Assembly (NCBI GenBank): GCA_047495785.1
Contig: JBLDXI010000016.1
Coordinates: 434,001 to 498,000, forward strand
Reading direction: 5' to 3'
DNA length: 64,000 nucleotides
From: Lepidodermella squamata
Lineage: Eukaryota; Animalia; Gastrotricha
Both the position numbers and the translations under genes were made by a program. Shown one piece after another: positions 1-13,485 of this stretch. Numbering within the stretch: position 1 is the stretch's first letter; each line of letters opens with the position of its first letter. The notes beneath the pieces are model-generated. The model was not told the origin of the DNA. It ran no database searches and was given only the letters and a program-made list of their open reading frames with translations.

Positions 1-620
1 GTACCCCGAACGTTCCGCAAAACAGCTGTGAGTCCAAAAACGATGGGTCTCCTGACGAAGACGTTGATGGCTCCGCTCGGTCTTGCTCACCTATATTCGA
101 ACTACAGCTGGCGGCGCTTGGCGATAAATGTCCTATCTTCTTGCGGCTACCCGCAAATAAAATTGCCCTTCATGTTGGCCATTACAACACCTTTAGCATC
201 AACCGCTACGACGGTAATTTTCTTAATCATACATTTGCTGATCCTTCCATTTCACTGAAGAACTGAAGCCAGCTGCAAGAGATGCAGGCGAGCGTGTTTT
301 CGGCTGTTTTCGGTGACAGGCCAGTCGATGATGCCTTCGAGGACGCCAAAGAACTGGACTCTAGCGACGTCTCCGAGCCTCCTGCCGCTTCTTCCACTTC
401 TCTCGAGTTCGAACTGCTTGGGCTGCCAAGGCTGTTATCGCCTCTTCGTTCGCCTTTCGCTTCACCGCCTTCGATTCACCTGTTCAACCGCCTGCTTTCG
501 CTTCACCTGCTTGATCGCCTCCGGCTACGTCTCGGTGCTGCAAGTGCGAAAGCGTCAACGCCTCCAAGCCTGGCTGCCAGTAGCAGCGCTGGGCTTGCTG
601 ATTCGGCGGCTCCCGCATAA
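1..620 (+). pseudogene. Crypton-like tyrosine recombinase C-terminal remnant (frameshifted)
   Basis: Frame 1 reads AVSPKTMGLLTKTLMAPLGLAHLYSNYSWRRLAINVLSSCGYP. After a 1-nt shift at about 150, frame 3 continues ANKIALHVGHYNTFSINRYD. Together these match the YR HxxR...GH...Y C-terminal motifs, with H replaced by Y. Probable intron 211-260, then a low-complexity tail (ORF 282-620). Confidence 0.55.
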
Positions 621-3082
621 AAGCGGCGAGTTATCACCCTGCATGGCATCGCCAGAAATGCGCCGAACGTTGCGATTCATTTCCACGATGATGAAGACGA
701 CGAGGCGGAACCGCCATCATACGACATTGGCAAAACTTTAGATTTATTATTTAACGACCATCCACCCGAAGGTGCTCTCGGTCCGGATGTCAGAGTCACA
801 TAAAACATGATAAAATTGACAGTGCACAGATCGGTAGATAATTTAAAATAATATTGTTTTCTATTTTTTATGAATAAGATGAATTGTTTTTTTTGTTTAA
901 ATTTTGCCGCGAATGACTCGTCTGAAGTTAGCTATGTGATGTTTCCGGAGTCAGAATTGAGTTTGTTTGGCGATTCGGACAGGCTCAGAGGGCGACCAAG
1001 GCCTTTGCTATAACAGACTATAAATTTAATGTAGTTATTTTGTAAGCTCACGTTCCCCATGAATCTAAGGGCCACCACAGGCCCACAAAACTCCCAGGGA
1101 TCCCAAGGCTCACTAGGCTCCGAGGCTCAAGGCTCGAGGCTCAAATCTCAGTGATTCAGAGACACTCAAAAGGCTTCCTAGGATCTGTCTAAGAGAAAGA
1201 GTACAAAACAACCTGTGGAAAAACCTGTGAAACAGAAGAAAGCAAGCAAGTTAGGTACATCAAATTCTCACATTTGTTACCAGCTTCCCTGTGTAAAAAA
1301 CGACAGAACCACGGATTAAGTTAGAGTATTTTGGCATGATCATCCGCGTGATATAAAAAAAATTCCGAAAATTCCTTTTTATTATTGAGACGTCCCATTC
1401 GTTGAATGGATGGGCCGAAGCCATGGGTCCCGAATGAGCGCTCTTAGGGTCGCTTGTTGGGGTCTCTTGAGGACAGCTCGGTAGCGATACAAAAATTGAA
1501 ATATTACAAACAAATAAGTTAATTTTTGCGACAACTCAAGAGTGACAAGCGGGCCGGATAGGTCGTCAGTAAAATTAATTATTTAAAAATTAATTTAATT
1601 AAGCATGGGTCAAAATATGTGCACCATTAAAAAGGAGGTTATATTTATATAGCAATAAATGTACGCGTCTTAGCACTGAATTTTTTGGCTGATGCCCTCC
1701 CTGAACCTAGGATTTTTATCAAAGCAACCTAGTACCCAAAGCTAGGAAATTTATTGATTTGTTGGGTTCGAAGACGGCTCGAAAAAATAACTGATTTGTA
1801 AAATCGATATTTGGAATCAATCACGGCTCTGCAAGCTGAAGAATTACTCGTAAGCTGGCTGCTTATAGTGAAATACGCGTAATATGAAGATCTATCAGTT
1901 AGGTTTGATAGTAAAAACAATTAGATTCCAGAAATTCGAAGAACCATATTTAGTGGAAATCTAGTGCTGGAGTCTCGAAATTAGCGCTGGAACCCTGAAT
2001 TTGGGGTGCGCACTTGGCACACCCTATTTAGAATGAGTCGAATATCAGCTCAAATTTCGACTCGATTTCCTACCCGAAGCAGAGAGCATCAACGATCAGC
2101 GAAATTAATCTCCACATTTTGCGCGGCGATCCCGATATCGGCTCTGAGTTGAAAGTTAAAAGTTTTGAACAAGTTGAAAGCAATTTAGCTGTGTTTTATT
2201 TTGATTTCTTTGGTCAATACATAAATCCTTTTAAAGGGCGAGTTTTTATTCAAGAGTAGTGCAAGAGTCTAGTATCAAAGTAGTGCAGTTAATGCTGGGT
2301 AATAACGTCATCAAATCACAGAATGGCGTTCAATTTCATTTTGGAAAAAATTGAAAACATTTATTCACTTTATTTTCACAAAATTTCATTTACGTATGGA
2401 AATGTGAATTTTGATAATTAAAATTTCACCGTAATTCGCGTTTATTGATTTATTTCGAATATTGGATTAGAAATTTTTTTAAATCTTCAAAAATTAAGGC
2501 AGAGCAGTATTTCATATAGTAGCCTCTTTGTTGTGATTAAATAAATGTCAATTAATTATGCACATTCAAAAGGCCGTTTATATCGATGTGATACTGAATC
2601 ATTGTCGTTATATTATATCAAAAATCAGATTGATAATAATCATCTGTAGTCGAAAAGGCTTTAAAAACATGGTTGATTCTGAGATCAATTCCAGGGCAAA
2701 AATGGGGCAAACTAGTCAATTTTCTAATAGCCGTATCGCTTTTTTCAAGGTTAACGTTCCATGTTATTGATATTCATTGCCCTATTTTCTACAAAGACAA
2801 GTTGTTTCAGTTTAAACGGACTTGGTCGCGTGCTATAACCACAACAACAACAACATAGCGCTATCTATATTTGTTAATTGTTGAATGCTGCGCCGTCGCG
2901 GGCTCATCCAAACTTCTAGGCCAATTGACTATCATTCGTATCACTTTTATTTTTCTATTGAATACAGTTTTTCCTCACATAAAGGTGTAAAAATTACAGC
3001 AATTTTCCCCACATTTCTAAAAGTATGTTCTCGTTATTCTGGCGCGATCAAATTTATTGATAATTTTCTGATTTGTTTGTAG

Positions 3083-6000
3083 ATGAAAATGGCCAAGTCG
3101 GCGCCAATCGTTTTCATCGTGGCTTTTGCATCGCTAATAAATGATGTTACTTATTCTCAGGTAGGAATTTCGATGCACCTGCTTTTGTTATTTTTTATCA
3201 ATGATTTTTTAGCCAATATTCGGAAATCAAACCGAAGAAACAAAGGCAGAAGTGAAGCGAATTTTGTGCCAACTCGATTGCAAAATTGCACAGGACCACG
3301 GCCAGGAATGTGTAAGTAGAGATAATTCCCTATATTAAAAAGTGACTGGAATTGCTTCCATGGGAGTATTTTCTAAAAAATGGCGGCATTTATAATTCTT
3401 ATATCGCAAATTTTAATTAGCTTGACATTGCGCACGGGCGCGCTCAAGGCGCGATCGAGGCCATAATAATCTTTGAGCAACGAGCCGCAGCCAATAGGAG
3501 CGCGGAGGAATCACCGGCGAGCCGGAAAATGTGCAATAATTTTATATAGAGCTATTTTTATGGCCATTTTTAATTTTGCTAATTTTTAAAAGGAAATTTA
3601 AATATTTTTTTAAAATTAAGCCAACCGGGAATTTTCTATCCTTGATTCGTGATATAACTGCGACGAAAATTGAAATTTACAGGAATAACCTTGGCTCTCA
3701 TTTTAGAAGTTCTGATTTCTCTCCGAGTATTTTCTTCGCTTGCGTTACTCATGGGACACGGGACACGCTGTAGAATAAAATGATTTACTAGGTATTAGTT
3801 TCATTTTACCGCTTTTCGGTACATTTTTATTTAATATTTAATAATCTAATTCAGTGGTTCTCAAACCCCGTTTTTCCGGCCGCATGCAGCCGGCGAGGCC
3901 CACTTTGGCGGCCGGCAGAGGTCAACCTATCTCTTGCATTGCGTGCGGCCGGAAGACTCTTTCAAGGAGAACAGTCCAGGGTTTCACATAATTTGTGCAC
4001 ATTTTTAGCAAAATTCGACGTATCCGAAAGATAAATAGCCATAAATTTCTTACAAGTTTCTCGCTTCGCTCGCTGATTCACTTTCAAATCTTTCACTAAG
4101 GAGAAGCCCCGGACGCAATAATCAACTTGTTCGCAAAAAAAACAGCCTGCTAGGCAATTACACAGCTCTAGACTCCCCTTCGAAGTGTCTACTGCACGAA
4201 TCGATTACGGCCTAGCCCGCCTCAGTTACCGCGGGCAATTTTAAAATGAGTCGCGGAAGGGTACGTGGGATCGCGAGAGTCGCGTCGAGAAACACTCAAA
4301 GCCCACTTTGAACGCATTTTTAGCCCATTTTCAGAAAGAATTCTTGAAAAATATCGCTTCGCTCGCTCGGTTAATTAATGTTTGGAGTTTAGAGACCAAA
4401 TATTAATTGGCCAAAATCTTACATAAAATTTATTTCACTTTTGACTTTTTGAGAGTGTTAGGTAGCGACTTCAGTTGAATCACCAATCTGCGGCCGCGTA
4501 AACATTCAGTCATGAACCACTGCTCAAACCCTAATTTAAGACTCTAATTTAAGAACCAATCTGCTTAAAAGCGCACTCGAAAACTTCAATTCTCGATTAT
4601 TGAGGCGTGCGGCCGGGAAGGTCCTATTTTATCATTACAAGCGGCCGGTTGAGGGTTCAAGAGGCAATGCGGCCGGAAAGGTCGACAGCCGGCCGCCATT
4701 TTTGACCTGGAGCGAAAATAGTTTGAGAACCACTGATCTAATTTTTGAACCATATCGACGTCCATTTTACTAAAATTTATCTAAATTGCCTGTTTGACCT
4801 CATTTAAGACAATTTCTTGTCAAACCTTAACAAAATTTGGCTGAAAACGACAAAATAAGGCAAAAATAAAAAGAAATTGTTGGCGAAATCGATTGATTTT
4901 TGCCCAAATTCGATTGCGCAACAGTAGAGCTAGAAAAATCGTGAATTACTTTTCAGGCTGTTTCTCGTTTGAACCGCGCTAAATTTGAGCAGAATAATTT
5001 GTCTTTCGTCTCCATATCACTGTTATCGAAGCCGAGCTTGAGTTCAATCAATTTTTAGTAGATACTATAGTATTATAGAGTAGGCTATGAGAGTAGGAGT
5101 CTATATTTTCGTGTAGCACGAAATATATATCGTTTCCCTATATATTATATATCGTTAGCGGCGCGCCAAAACAACCACTTTACTATTTATAGATTTTATA
5201 TGGATAGTACGATCGAGAGTAGAAAAAAATCAGTGCTCAAATGGCCTATCGTACTTTACTTTCGGCGACTTCAAGTACGATCGAATGAATCATCTAAGTG
5301 GTTGTTTTGGCGCCGCTAACGATATATTTTCTCTGTATCTTCGTCCCATTTTGTTTTAATTTAAAAATCAGATTAAAATAAAATATACCTCTATGTGGTA
5401 TATTTTAACTATTTGTACAAAATTATGTGGTAAATTATGTGGTAGTACTTATTTCCTATGGGTGTAAATTTTCCTACCATCAATTTTGGGGTTTTCACCA
5501 TCAAACCCTAACCAGGAAAACCCCGAAAATGCGTGAAATAACAAAGTTCGATTAGAAATTATGTAAAAAGTTGATATACAAGTACCACATGACTATGTGC
5601 AAATAGGCAATTCGTTAATATTTGTGAAATTAGCATAAAAAATTTTTTTTGAGAGTAAAATAAGAAATTCTGTTTGATAATTAATTTTGATTTTTTATAC
5701 AGGTTACATGCGATAATTATGTCGTAAAAGACCCGACGCTGATTGTCGAGACTGCAATGGCCTACTATCAGAACTACGCGAATCAAAGCAGCGATTCGCC
5801 ATTTCTAGCTGCTTCTGACACTCTTGCTTGGCAGCTGCCGATAAAAATCTATTTCTACGACACTGCGACAAGTCAGTTTTCTTTGTGTATATTTAGCGAG
5901 TTGTTCCGTCATTTTACATTCATTTTACATTAGACGATGTAGAATTCCAAGCGCGGGTCATCGAGGCATTGGAGCTGTACAAACGCGAGACATGCATCAA

Positions 6001-8681
6001 CTACACAATTGCCACCAACTATGCAGCGACAAATCTATTTGTCGTTAGATCATATAGGTATTGTTTTCAAACTGTGAAAACCAAGAGTTAATACTGAAAT
6101 ATCTAATGTCTGTTTTTAGCACGACTTATATTACCCTGGATCCTGGATATCGGGGAGATTGGCAGGTACTTCACTTGCGCCTGGAGGTAAGATTTCGAAA
6201 ATACACACAAGTTCACAGGTCCTTTGAATTTATATTAATTGTTCCGCTTTCATTATAATATGAGAAAAATTATAAATTTTACGAAACTTAAAATAGTGAC
6301 CCCCCAAACCCCGAATTTCGGGGGTCCTCAGGGATTTTTTGCTATTTGAGCTCATCCACAGTCGAACATTTAAAAAATTTCGAACATTTTCAAGTTTTTA
6401 TTTCTTTCTGAAAACTATCTTGAAGGTAGACTTGGATATCGGCTTTTTCCTTGCAACTAGCAAATTCGCTTCTCATTTCCAGGGTCGATCGCACTCGGCC
6501 TGTAGACCATGCGGAGCAATATCATGATTAGAGATGGCGACACTTCGAAAATAGGCTTTTTCCGCCAATAAAAACCCAGATATTTTCGTATTAATGCTTA
6601 ATGCCGTTGGTATTGCGATTAATTAGGATCTCATCAGCATTATCTAAAATTCATGAATGCAAAATGTTAAAAACATATTCGCTACTATAGTCAATATATT
6701 TTATTCTCAAAGGGCATACATCGATCTCTGGGTGCCATTATGGGATTGGTGAGTTTCGAAATCGCTGTGAGAAGTAGCTATGATATAATTCTTCCGGTGT
6801 TTTTCAGCGTTTCGAACACACTCGACCCGACCGCGGTCAATACATTGATATAATGAGTAACCAGTGGTAACTTGCGCATGCTCCTTGTCTCATTTTTCTT
6901 AGAATTGTTTACTGCTCAAGGTGGCCGATGACCGTGGTCTATCAAGGGGAACATGGCGTTCCGTTCGACTACGCTTCCGTGACAATGGCGCATCCTTCTG
7001 AAGATAACGGAGATTTTGCGCCAAAGGACTGGCGTTTTGTCGGAGCTATGAATGCGAAATACCCTTCCTTCAACAACTTGAAGACCCTGAATATGGTGTA
7101 CGATTGCCTAGGTGAGTTAGTTCAGGGAATTGAAAATAAGCCTGATTTGAGCCATTGAGCCTCTTGTGATGGAGAGATTCTTGACTTAACGATTTTTCAG
7201 CTCGTTGCAGTGGCCCAGCACCCGACTGTAAATACGGCGGCTACCGCGATCCTAAGGCCTGCGATCGATGCAAGTGCCCGCCTGGTTTCGGCGGCCCGAC
7301 CTGTGAAGCCTCGCCTCCTTTTGCCGGCGAAACATGCGGCGGTGTGATCAACCTTCCTCATTGTACTACGATCGAAATCAAATCACCAAACTATCCCAAC
7401 AACTACACTGCAGGCAGTAGCTGTACCTGGTGGGTCGTGGGTTCCAAGGTATCTTCTTGATCTTCTTGATTTTTCCCCTCAAGATGTGCTCATCTTGCTT
7501 CCATCGATTAGCCTGGAATAGTTTTCGGATTCAGCGAGAGACCGGATCTCACTAAGGGCGTCAGTTAGTTTTAATTCCATTAATCGGGAGATATAAAAAT
7601 TGTCACTCAATTTTTTCGCAGCGGAGTCCGGCTTTGCAACGTATAATGATGCATGTATCGATTACGTTGAATTTCGCAATCCAGTAGATGGAACGTTGCC
7701 TTACCCCCGCTTCTGCTCGTATGGTGTCAATTCTGGTAAAATTTACGAAACCAATGGTACGAAAGCGATAGTCACCTTCAAATCAAACTCGCCGAATCCT
7801 GGCAAAGGATTCCGTCTACTCGCTCGATCAAGTTGCCCCACGGACAATGTACAAGAGTTGACGTTATCGCCGATCGGCTACGACTATGAGGGCAGAGCGT
7901 CGGTTACCTCTAACGGCCTTGCTTGCCTCAATTGGCCAAATCTGCATTGGATGAACGATTTTTACCAGCTTCTGAAGTTTCCGAGGGCTGACCTCAGCCG
8001 GTCGCTGAACTACGTTCGAAATCTCGACTCCCTACCTCCTGGTCCTTGCTGCAACACTGCAAGCGGCAATCAGTGCGTTAATATGTCGTCCACTCCTATC
8101 TGTACGTTCACATTTTGGACAATTATTGGTGAGGGTTTCTCCAGGATCTTGAACTGTTTTAGTCAGCTTCAGAGTATAAAATGCGCTGCGCCAAAACCAT
8201 TGCTGTTGAAATTATTTTAAATTGAATAAACCAAATGCCTTCTTGGTTTTGCACTAACATGTTTACATTTCTCCTGCTCTGCAGCCTCGACTGACAATAT
8301 CCGCTTCCGATGCGGTTCCCTCGCCACAAAGCGATTCACAGCTTGCCGTCGGCTGTGCGACACCGCCACTGAATTCACTTTCCTAAGCTTTGGCACGGTT
8401 TACGAAGACAAATGCTCAACCGCGGTATCATGACCTCAATTTTCATAATATTCAGTAATTATTCAGGAAACATTATTTTCAGACAGCCAGGAAGTGCTAC
8501 TCAGCCGGCAGAGGTCTCAGATGTGACGGCAAGTGCGATGCTACTGAGTTGGAAGTATGTTAATGAACATAGCGATTCCAATTGTCATGTTTTTTGTCCT
8601 CTGAATTACTAGGTCGACCGTTACAACAAGTACTTTCCGTTCGCTAAGAACATCGACCTCTGCTTGGGATTGATCAAGTGA
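3083..8681 (+). CDS. Secreted astacin-like pseudoprotease (inactive astacin domain, EGF, CUB, kringle-like, Cys-rich tail); multi-exon
   Basis: Signal exon 3083-3160. Further exons: 3213-3311, 5704-5871 (WQLPIKIYF), 5934-6057 (ALELYKRETCINY), 6120-6187, 6713-6748 + 6808-6866 (GIHRSLGAIMGLRFEHTRPDR), 6921-7111 (PFDYASVTM...PSFNNLKTLNMVYDC), 7201-7448 (EGF CKYGGYRDPKACDRCKCPPGFGGPTCE + CUB start), 7622-8101 (CUB end + kringle YEGRASVTSNGLACLNW...NYVRNLD), about 8285-8424, 8484-8554, 8613-8681 (TGA). Junctions near 3520, 6484 and 7449-7621 are unresolved. Confidence 0.8.
3852..4735. mobile_element. hAT-type non-autonomous element (MITE) in an astacin intron
   Basis: 15-bp TIR CAGTGGTTCTCAAAC / GTTTGAGAACCACTG, perfect 8-bp TSD ATCTAATT (3844-3851 and 4736-4743), subterminal GCGGCCGG repeats. 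Confidence 0.92.
5146..5327. mobile_element. Small MITE of about 180 bp
   Basis: Inverted arms ATATATCGTTAGCGGCGC(GC)CAAAACAACCACTT (5147-5180) and AAGTGGTTGTTTTGGCGCCGCTAACGATATAT (5296-5327), AT-rich flanks, internal GTACGAT repeats. Confidence 0.75.
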
Positions 8682-8839
8682 GCTAAAAACATTCCATGAG
8701 ACGAAAGCTTCGCAAATGATTGCTAACGAAATATTGAATGCGCTTCATTATCACAAATTTTCAGATTAATTTGTGTTTCTTTCTTCGCGTAAGAAATCAG
8801 AAATATTCCTATGATATCCTGTTAGTAAAACTCCAAATA

Positions 8840-9229
8840 CAGTGACAGTTGTGTAAACCGGACCGGTATAAACCGGACGGATTTGGGGCTCGAAGTCTGG
8901 TTTATGCAATAGAAAGGCCAATTTTCTATATAATTTTAAATTTTGAAGGAAGTGCCAGCACCTGCCTGACAGAAGTAGCCTTGACATTTTGAAAAAAGTT
9001 AACTTCCAAATTATTGCGAATATTGCTGAGTATGTTGATTATTTATGTGTTAAAATTGTCGATTCCGTACTCAACAACTATTACTTGGCTTGTAAAACTT
9101 GAAAGTTACAAGAATTTCACGCGGTATTTGCTATACCGGACTCCGGCTGGTTTTAAATAATTCGGACTTTCTCTAAACCGGAAGATTTTTAATGGCATGA
9201 CCTTAGTCCGGTTTAGACAACTTTCACTG
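8840..9229. mobile_element. Tc1/mariner (pogo/Tigger-like) MITE
   Basis: 24-bp TIRs CAGTGACAGTTGTGTAAACCGGAC vs CAGTGAAAGTTGTCTAAACCGGAC (2 mismatches), TA on both sides. Confidence 0.88.
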
Positions 9230-9369
9230 TACCATTTTGCTCAATAAAACATATTTATTTCTCCTGATGACGCTATCTTGCTTGTTTCTCAATACCTGTC
9301 GCATACATGAGACGTACCAGGAAGCGGCTGCTTCGAAGCTCCTGTTATCCCAGGTTGCGTAAAAAGCGT

Positions 9370-9544
9370 AAATCGAACACGCCTAATCCTGGCAAAGGCT
9401 TTCGTCTACTCGCTCGGTCGAGCTGCCCAACGGACAATATTCAAGAGTTGACGCTATCGCCGATCAGCTACGACAGCGAGGGCAGGGTGTCAGTTGCGTC
9501 TAACAACCGAATTTGCCTCAATTGGCCAGGCCTGCACTGGATGA
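9370..9544 (+). pseudogene. Fragment of an astacin-gene paralog (CUB end / kringle start)
   Basis: KSNTPNPGKGFRLLARSSCPTDNIQELTLSPISYDSEGRVSVASNNRICLNWPGLHWM is a diverged copy of about 7780-7954, truncated where the repeat element begins. Confidence 0.9.
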
Positions 9545-12500
9545 TTGCGCGAACCAACCCGATAGGGTTCCCCTAGCGGCGGAGCCGCAGCCTGAACCGG
9601 AGGTCCAGCGCCTCTCTCTCAACTTCGCCGGTCGAGGCGACAATGGTAGAGGCGTTTTGCGCTGGACGAAAAACGAAGCTAGGGGAACGAATTTTCACGA
9701 TAAAAATATGGAAAAATAAGTCGTAGATAGATCTTTTTTTAAACCTCTGTATAAAAACTTTCCAGCTGTTTTCATCGGGCGGTTAATTTTTGGCGAATTT
9801 TTATTCATAAAAAAACTACCCAACTGCTAATTAATATTCATGAGCTGCTTACGCCGCCGTCTGGGTCACGGTTACCGGCACCCTCATGACCGAGGTTAAT
9901 TACCTCACACGCGAGAGCCGGGTCGTTGCTGAGTGACTCTTCAAAATTTCAATTTAAAACCAGTTTGGCGGCCCTCCCTGGGGGGAGGGCTGCATCAGTG
10001 ACATTCTACGAAAAATTCTGCATCGAACAGTCTAAATTTGGACGCTAGGCGATAAACGGTTGATTTTCTATTGAATTTACAAGTTGCGCGCACTTGAAAA
10101 AGTGGCCCTCACTAAGTGTGTGTAACATTTTCAGGGCGCGTATGACACCCAGATACGTGCAGAATTTGTCGTTACACAGTCGGATTTTCAGATAATAGGA
10201 AGGACCGCCAATTTTTTGGTACCAAAACCGCCGCGAGATTCGACAGATTTCCTCTGACTAGAGCGTTTAGCGCGCGATTGATTTTTAGTGAAAATTTAAA
10301 TTTCATTTTTTTCGAGTTTCGTCAATTCTTTTGACACCTCATCCTGGTAGCGCTCGTGTTTGAATGAACGTAGAATGTAGCAAATTTTCCGCTGAATTTT
10401 TAGAGACCGGCCGCGTTATTGTAGCCCTCATGGTTGCGGAGCTATAAGAGGCGCGGTAAATCGCGTTTTTAACCTATTTTTAGCGCGCCGGCGGCACTCA
10501 CACACACACTCTTAGTTTATTTCTGTCAAATTTAACCACATGCAGCAGTCTTGTGCGCACATACAAATCATGCAATCCCACGTAAATTTTCAAGACGAAT
10601 CGAACGAGACCACACCCATCGCCGTAGCACTCACAGTTATTTGCCTATAGAAGACGCGGTCCATCCACCTTAAAATTTCAAAATTTCGATGTTTTTGAGT
10701 TTTTTTCACGAGATTTTGGAAGAGTCCCTGTGTAATAAAGCAACCATTTCCAGTACAAAGTTTGACGGGCTTTCGAACGGTGAAAACCGCATGTCAACAC
10801 CTATCACGGTTGTTTGCCTATAAGCCTCGCGGTAAAATGTGAGATAAAAATCAAAGCAAGTAAATTTCGAAATTTCGCTTTTATATTTACGGGTCATATT
10901 TTACTGCGACATCAGTGACGAATTTTCATGAGACATAGGTTATTCGAGGCGCCCTACTTGATGGTACATGCCTCACATTCACAAGACACACCCATTTGAT
11001 GCCACGCCCAAGCCGAAGTCAATTTGTTTAATTTTGTTGACCAACTTTGCACTCTCATGTTCATCATTTTCTTCATTCGCGCTGTTATATTATTGATTCT
11101 AACGCTTAGAGCATAGTAGACTGGCCAATTTGAGACCAGGCTGGTCGTTGTAGCTCTTTTATTCACGGCGCTATTTATCGCGCGGGTAAATTTTACATTT
11201 TTTCGAATTTTGTCAATTTGTTTGACACCTCACTCTGGCAGCGCTCGTGTGTGAATGCACCTTAAATGTAGCAAATTTTCCACTGAATTTTTAGAGACCA
11301 GACTCATCATCGTAGCCCTATGGTTACGGAGCTATAAGAGGCGCGGTAAATGGCGTTTTTCAGCCTATTTTTAGCGCGCCGGCGGCGCTCACACACTCAC
11401 TCAGGGTCAATTTCGGTCAAATATTAAGCACAGGCAGCAGTCTTGTGTGCTAATAGACATTGCTTACGCCGACGTAGAATTACAAGACGAATCGAATGAG
11501 ACTAGGCCCATTGTCGTAGGCATCATAGTTTTTTGTCTATAGTAGGCGCGGCCGATCCACCTTAAAATTTCAAAATTTCGACGTTTTTGAGAATTGTTTA
11601 ACGACGACTAGGAATAGCCCGGTGTATTAAAATAACTATATCAAGTACAGAATTTGACGGGCTTTCGAGGGGTGAAAACCGCATGTCAACACCTGTCACA
11701 GTTTTTTGCCAAAAGGCCACGCGGTATAATTTGAGATAAAAAACAAAGCCAGTCAATTTTGAAATTTCGCTCCATCAATTCTCTGTATTATTAAACAGCA
11801 AATTCATTTACGAATATTCATGAGAAATAGGTAATTGGAGGCGCCCTCATAAAAAGTATAAACCCCACATTTACAGGACGCACCCATTTGACGCCACACC
11901 CTCGGAATCAAATTTTTTTCAATTTGTTGACAAACTTTGCACTCTCATTTTTTCATTCAGCGAACTTACGCTGGTATATTAATGATTCTAACGTGTAGAG
12001 CATTGTCAGCTAATAATTTTGAGACCAGGCTGGTTTTTGTGGCTGCCGTATTTATGACGATATTAACCGCGCGGTATTGCATATTTTTAGTGCACGCACT
12101 CACAGTCAGGCTTTCTCACTTGCATTTTTGACCTGTATGCAATATTTGTGCGCAAGATTAATTGCAACCATCCTGTGCAGAACAATGCGAGGAATCGAAC
12201 GAGACTACGCCCATCATCGTAGCACTCATAGTTTTGTGCCTATATGAGGCGCGGTAGAACGTGTTTCGATACACCATAAAAATTGGAAATTTCGATATTT
12301 CGATGTTTTTGCCACGCCGTCGTAATATAATAACTATTCCTACTACAACATTTCACGGGCAATCTTATGGTGAAAGCCGAATGTCAATTCGAAATTTTAA
12401 GGTGGATCAACCGCGCCTATTATAGATTCAAAACTACGATGGCTACGACTATGGGACTAGTCTCGTTCGATTCTTCTTGAAATTCTACATCGTACAGTGT

Positions 12501-13470
12501 ACTCAATTTGTGCGCACAAAGCAGGTAAAAGCGTTTAAAACTTGACAGAAATCGTCTCGGAGTGACTGTGTGCGCGCCGCCGGCACGCTAAACATAGGCT
12601 GAAAAACGCGTTTTGCCGCGCCTCTTATATTTCGACAACCATGAAGCCTATGATGACGTGCCTAGTCTCTAAAAATTCAGCGGATAATTTACTACATTTT
12701 ACGTGTTCAAATTGGAGCGCCATCGGAGTAAGGTGTCCAAATATTTCACGAAAGTCAGCAAAATTGAAATTTTTATTTTCACTAAAAATCAGTCGTGCGC
12801 AAAACGCTGCGGTCAAAGAAAAATTAGCGAATCTCGCGGCGGTTTTAGTACCAAAAAATCGGCCGTCCTTCGGAGTAGCTAGAAATCAACTTTGAACACG
12901 ACAAATTCCGCAGCTGAAAGGGTGTTATCCGCGTGTCTAACATTTTATGCCTGGTTTTTGAGAGTCTAATTTTGTGAAATTTCGACGTTTGAATAATCGC
13001 CAACCGTTTTGTCATCAACCGATCAATCTGATAAATACCGGGTTAGGACAGTTCGATAGAAAATTTTGTGAGGAATTTTTTCATGTGCCCAAATGAGGTC
13101 AGAAATCAAATTTCAAATTAAAATTTCGAGCTCACGCGTAATAAAGCAGTGACCCAGGTCATGAGTATGCCGGCGGCGGTGACCCAGCTGAAGTGGATCA
13201 GGGCTTATGAATATTCATGAAATCTTCACTTGCATATATGAATAAAAAATCACCACAAATCAGCCGTCAGGCCGATCTTTCTGAAAAATCTTTGCACCTA
13301 AGGTTTTCGGGTATGCTCTACACGATGGTATTTTTCATATTTTTTCCGAGGATATCCTATTAACTAACTTGGAGAAGCGGTCAAGTGCATACAATTTTTC
13401 CTCATTGATAACGCCGAGAGCGGCGTGCGCGAGACATGATAATTAAGTAGCGGCGGCCGCCGCTAAAACC
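9537..13470. mobile_element. Unclassified non-autonomous element, copy A, with ~890-bp higher-order tandem units and an inverted ~1-kb right arm
   Basis: 9537-10030 is nearly identical to 15054-15550. Units recur at 10321/11213 and 11028/11921 (period about 890), built from diverged ~160-200-bp monomers (GAGACC...CGTAGC.CTCATAGTT). 12390-13400 is a diverged reverse complement of about 9690-10690. GC hairpins lie near the ends (AACCCGATAGGGTT, GCGGCGGAGCCGC, AGCGGCGGCCGCCGCT). Confidence 0.7.
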
Positions 13471-13485
13471 GTTCCGGTTCACGCA

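Noticed and set aside
10300-12400. CRISPR-like spaced repeats
   Set aside because: Eukaryotic context, no cas genes, and the intervening sequences are homologous to each other, so these are diverged tandem monomers.
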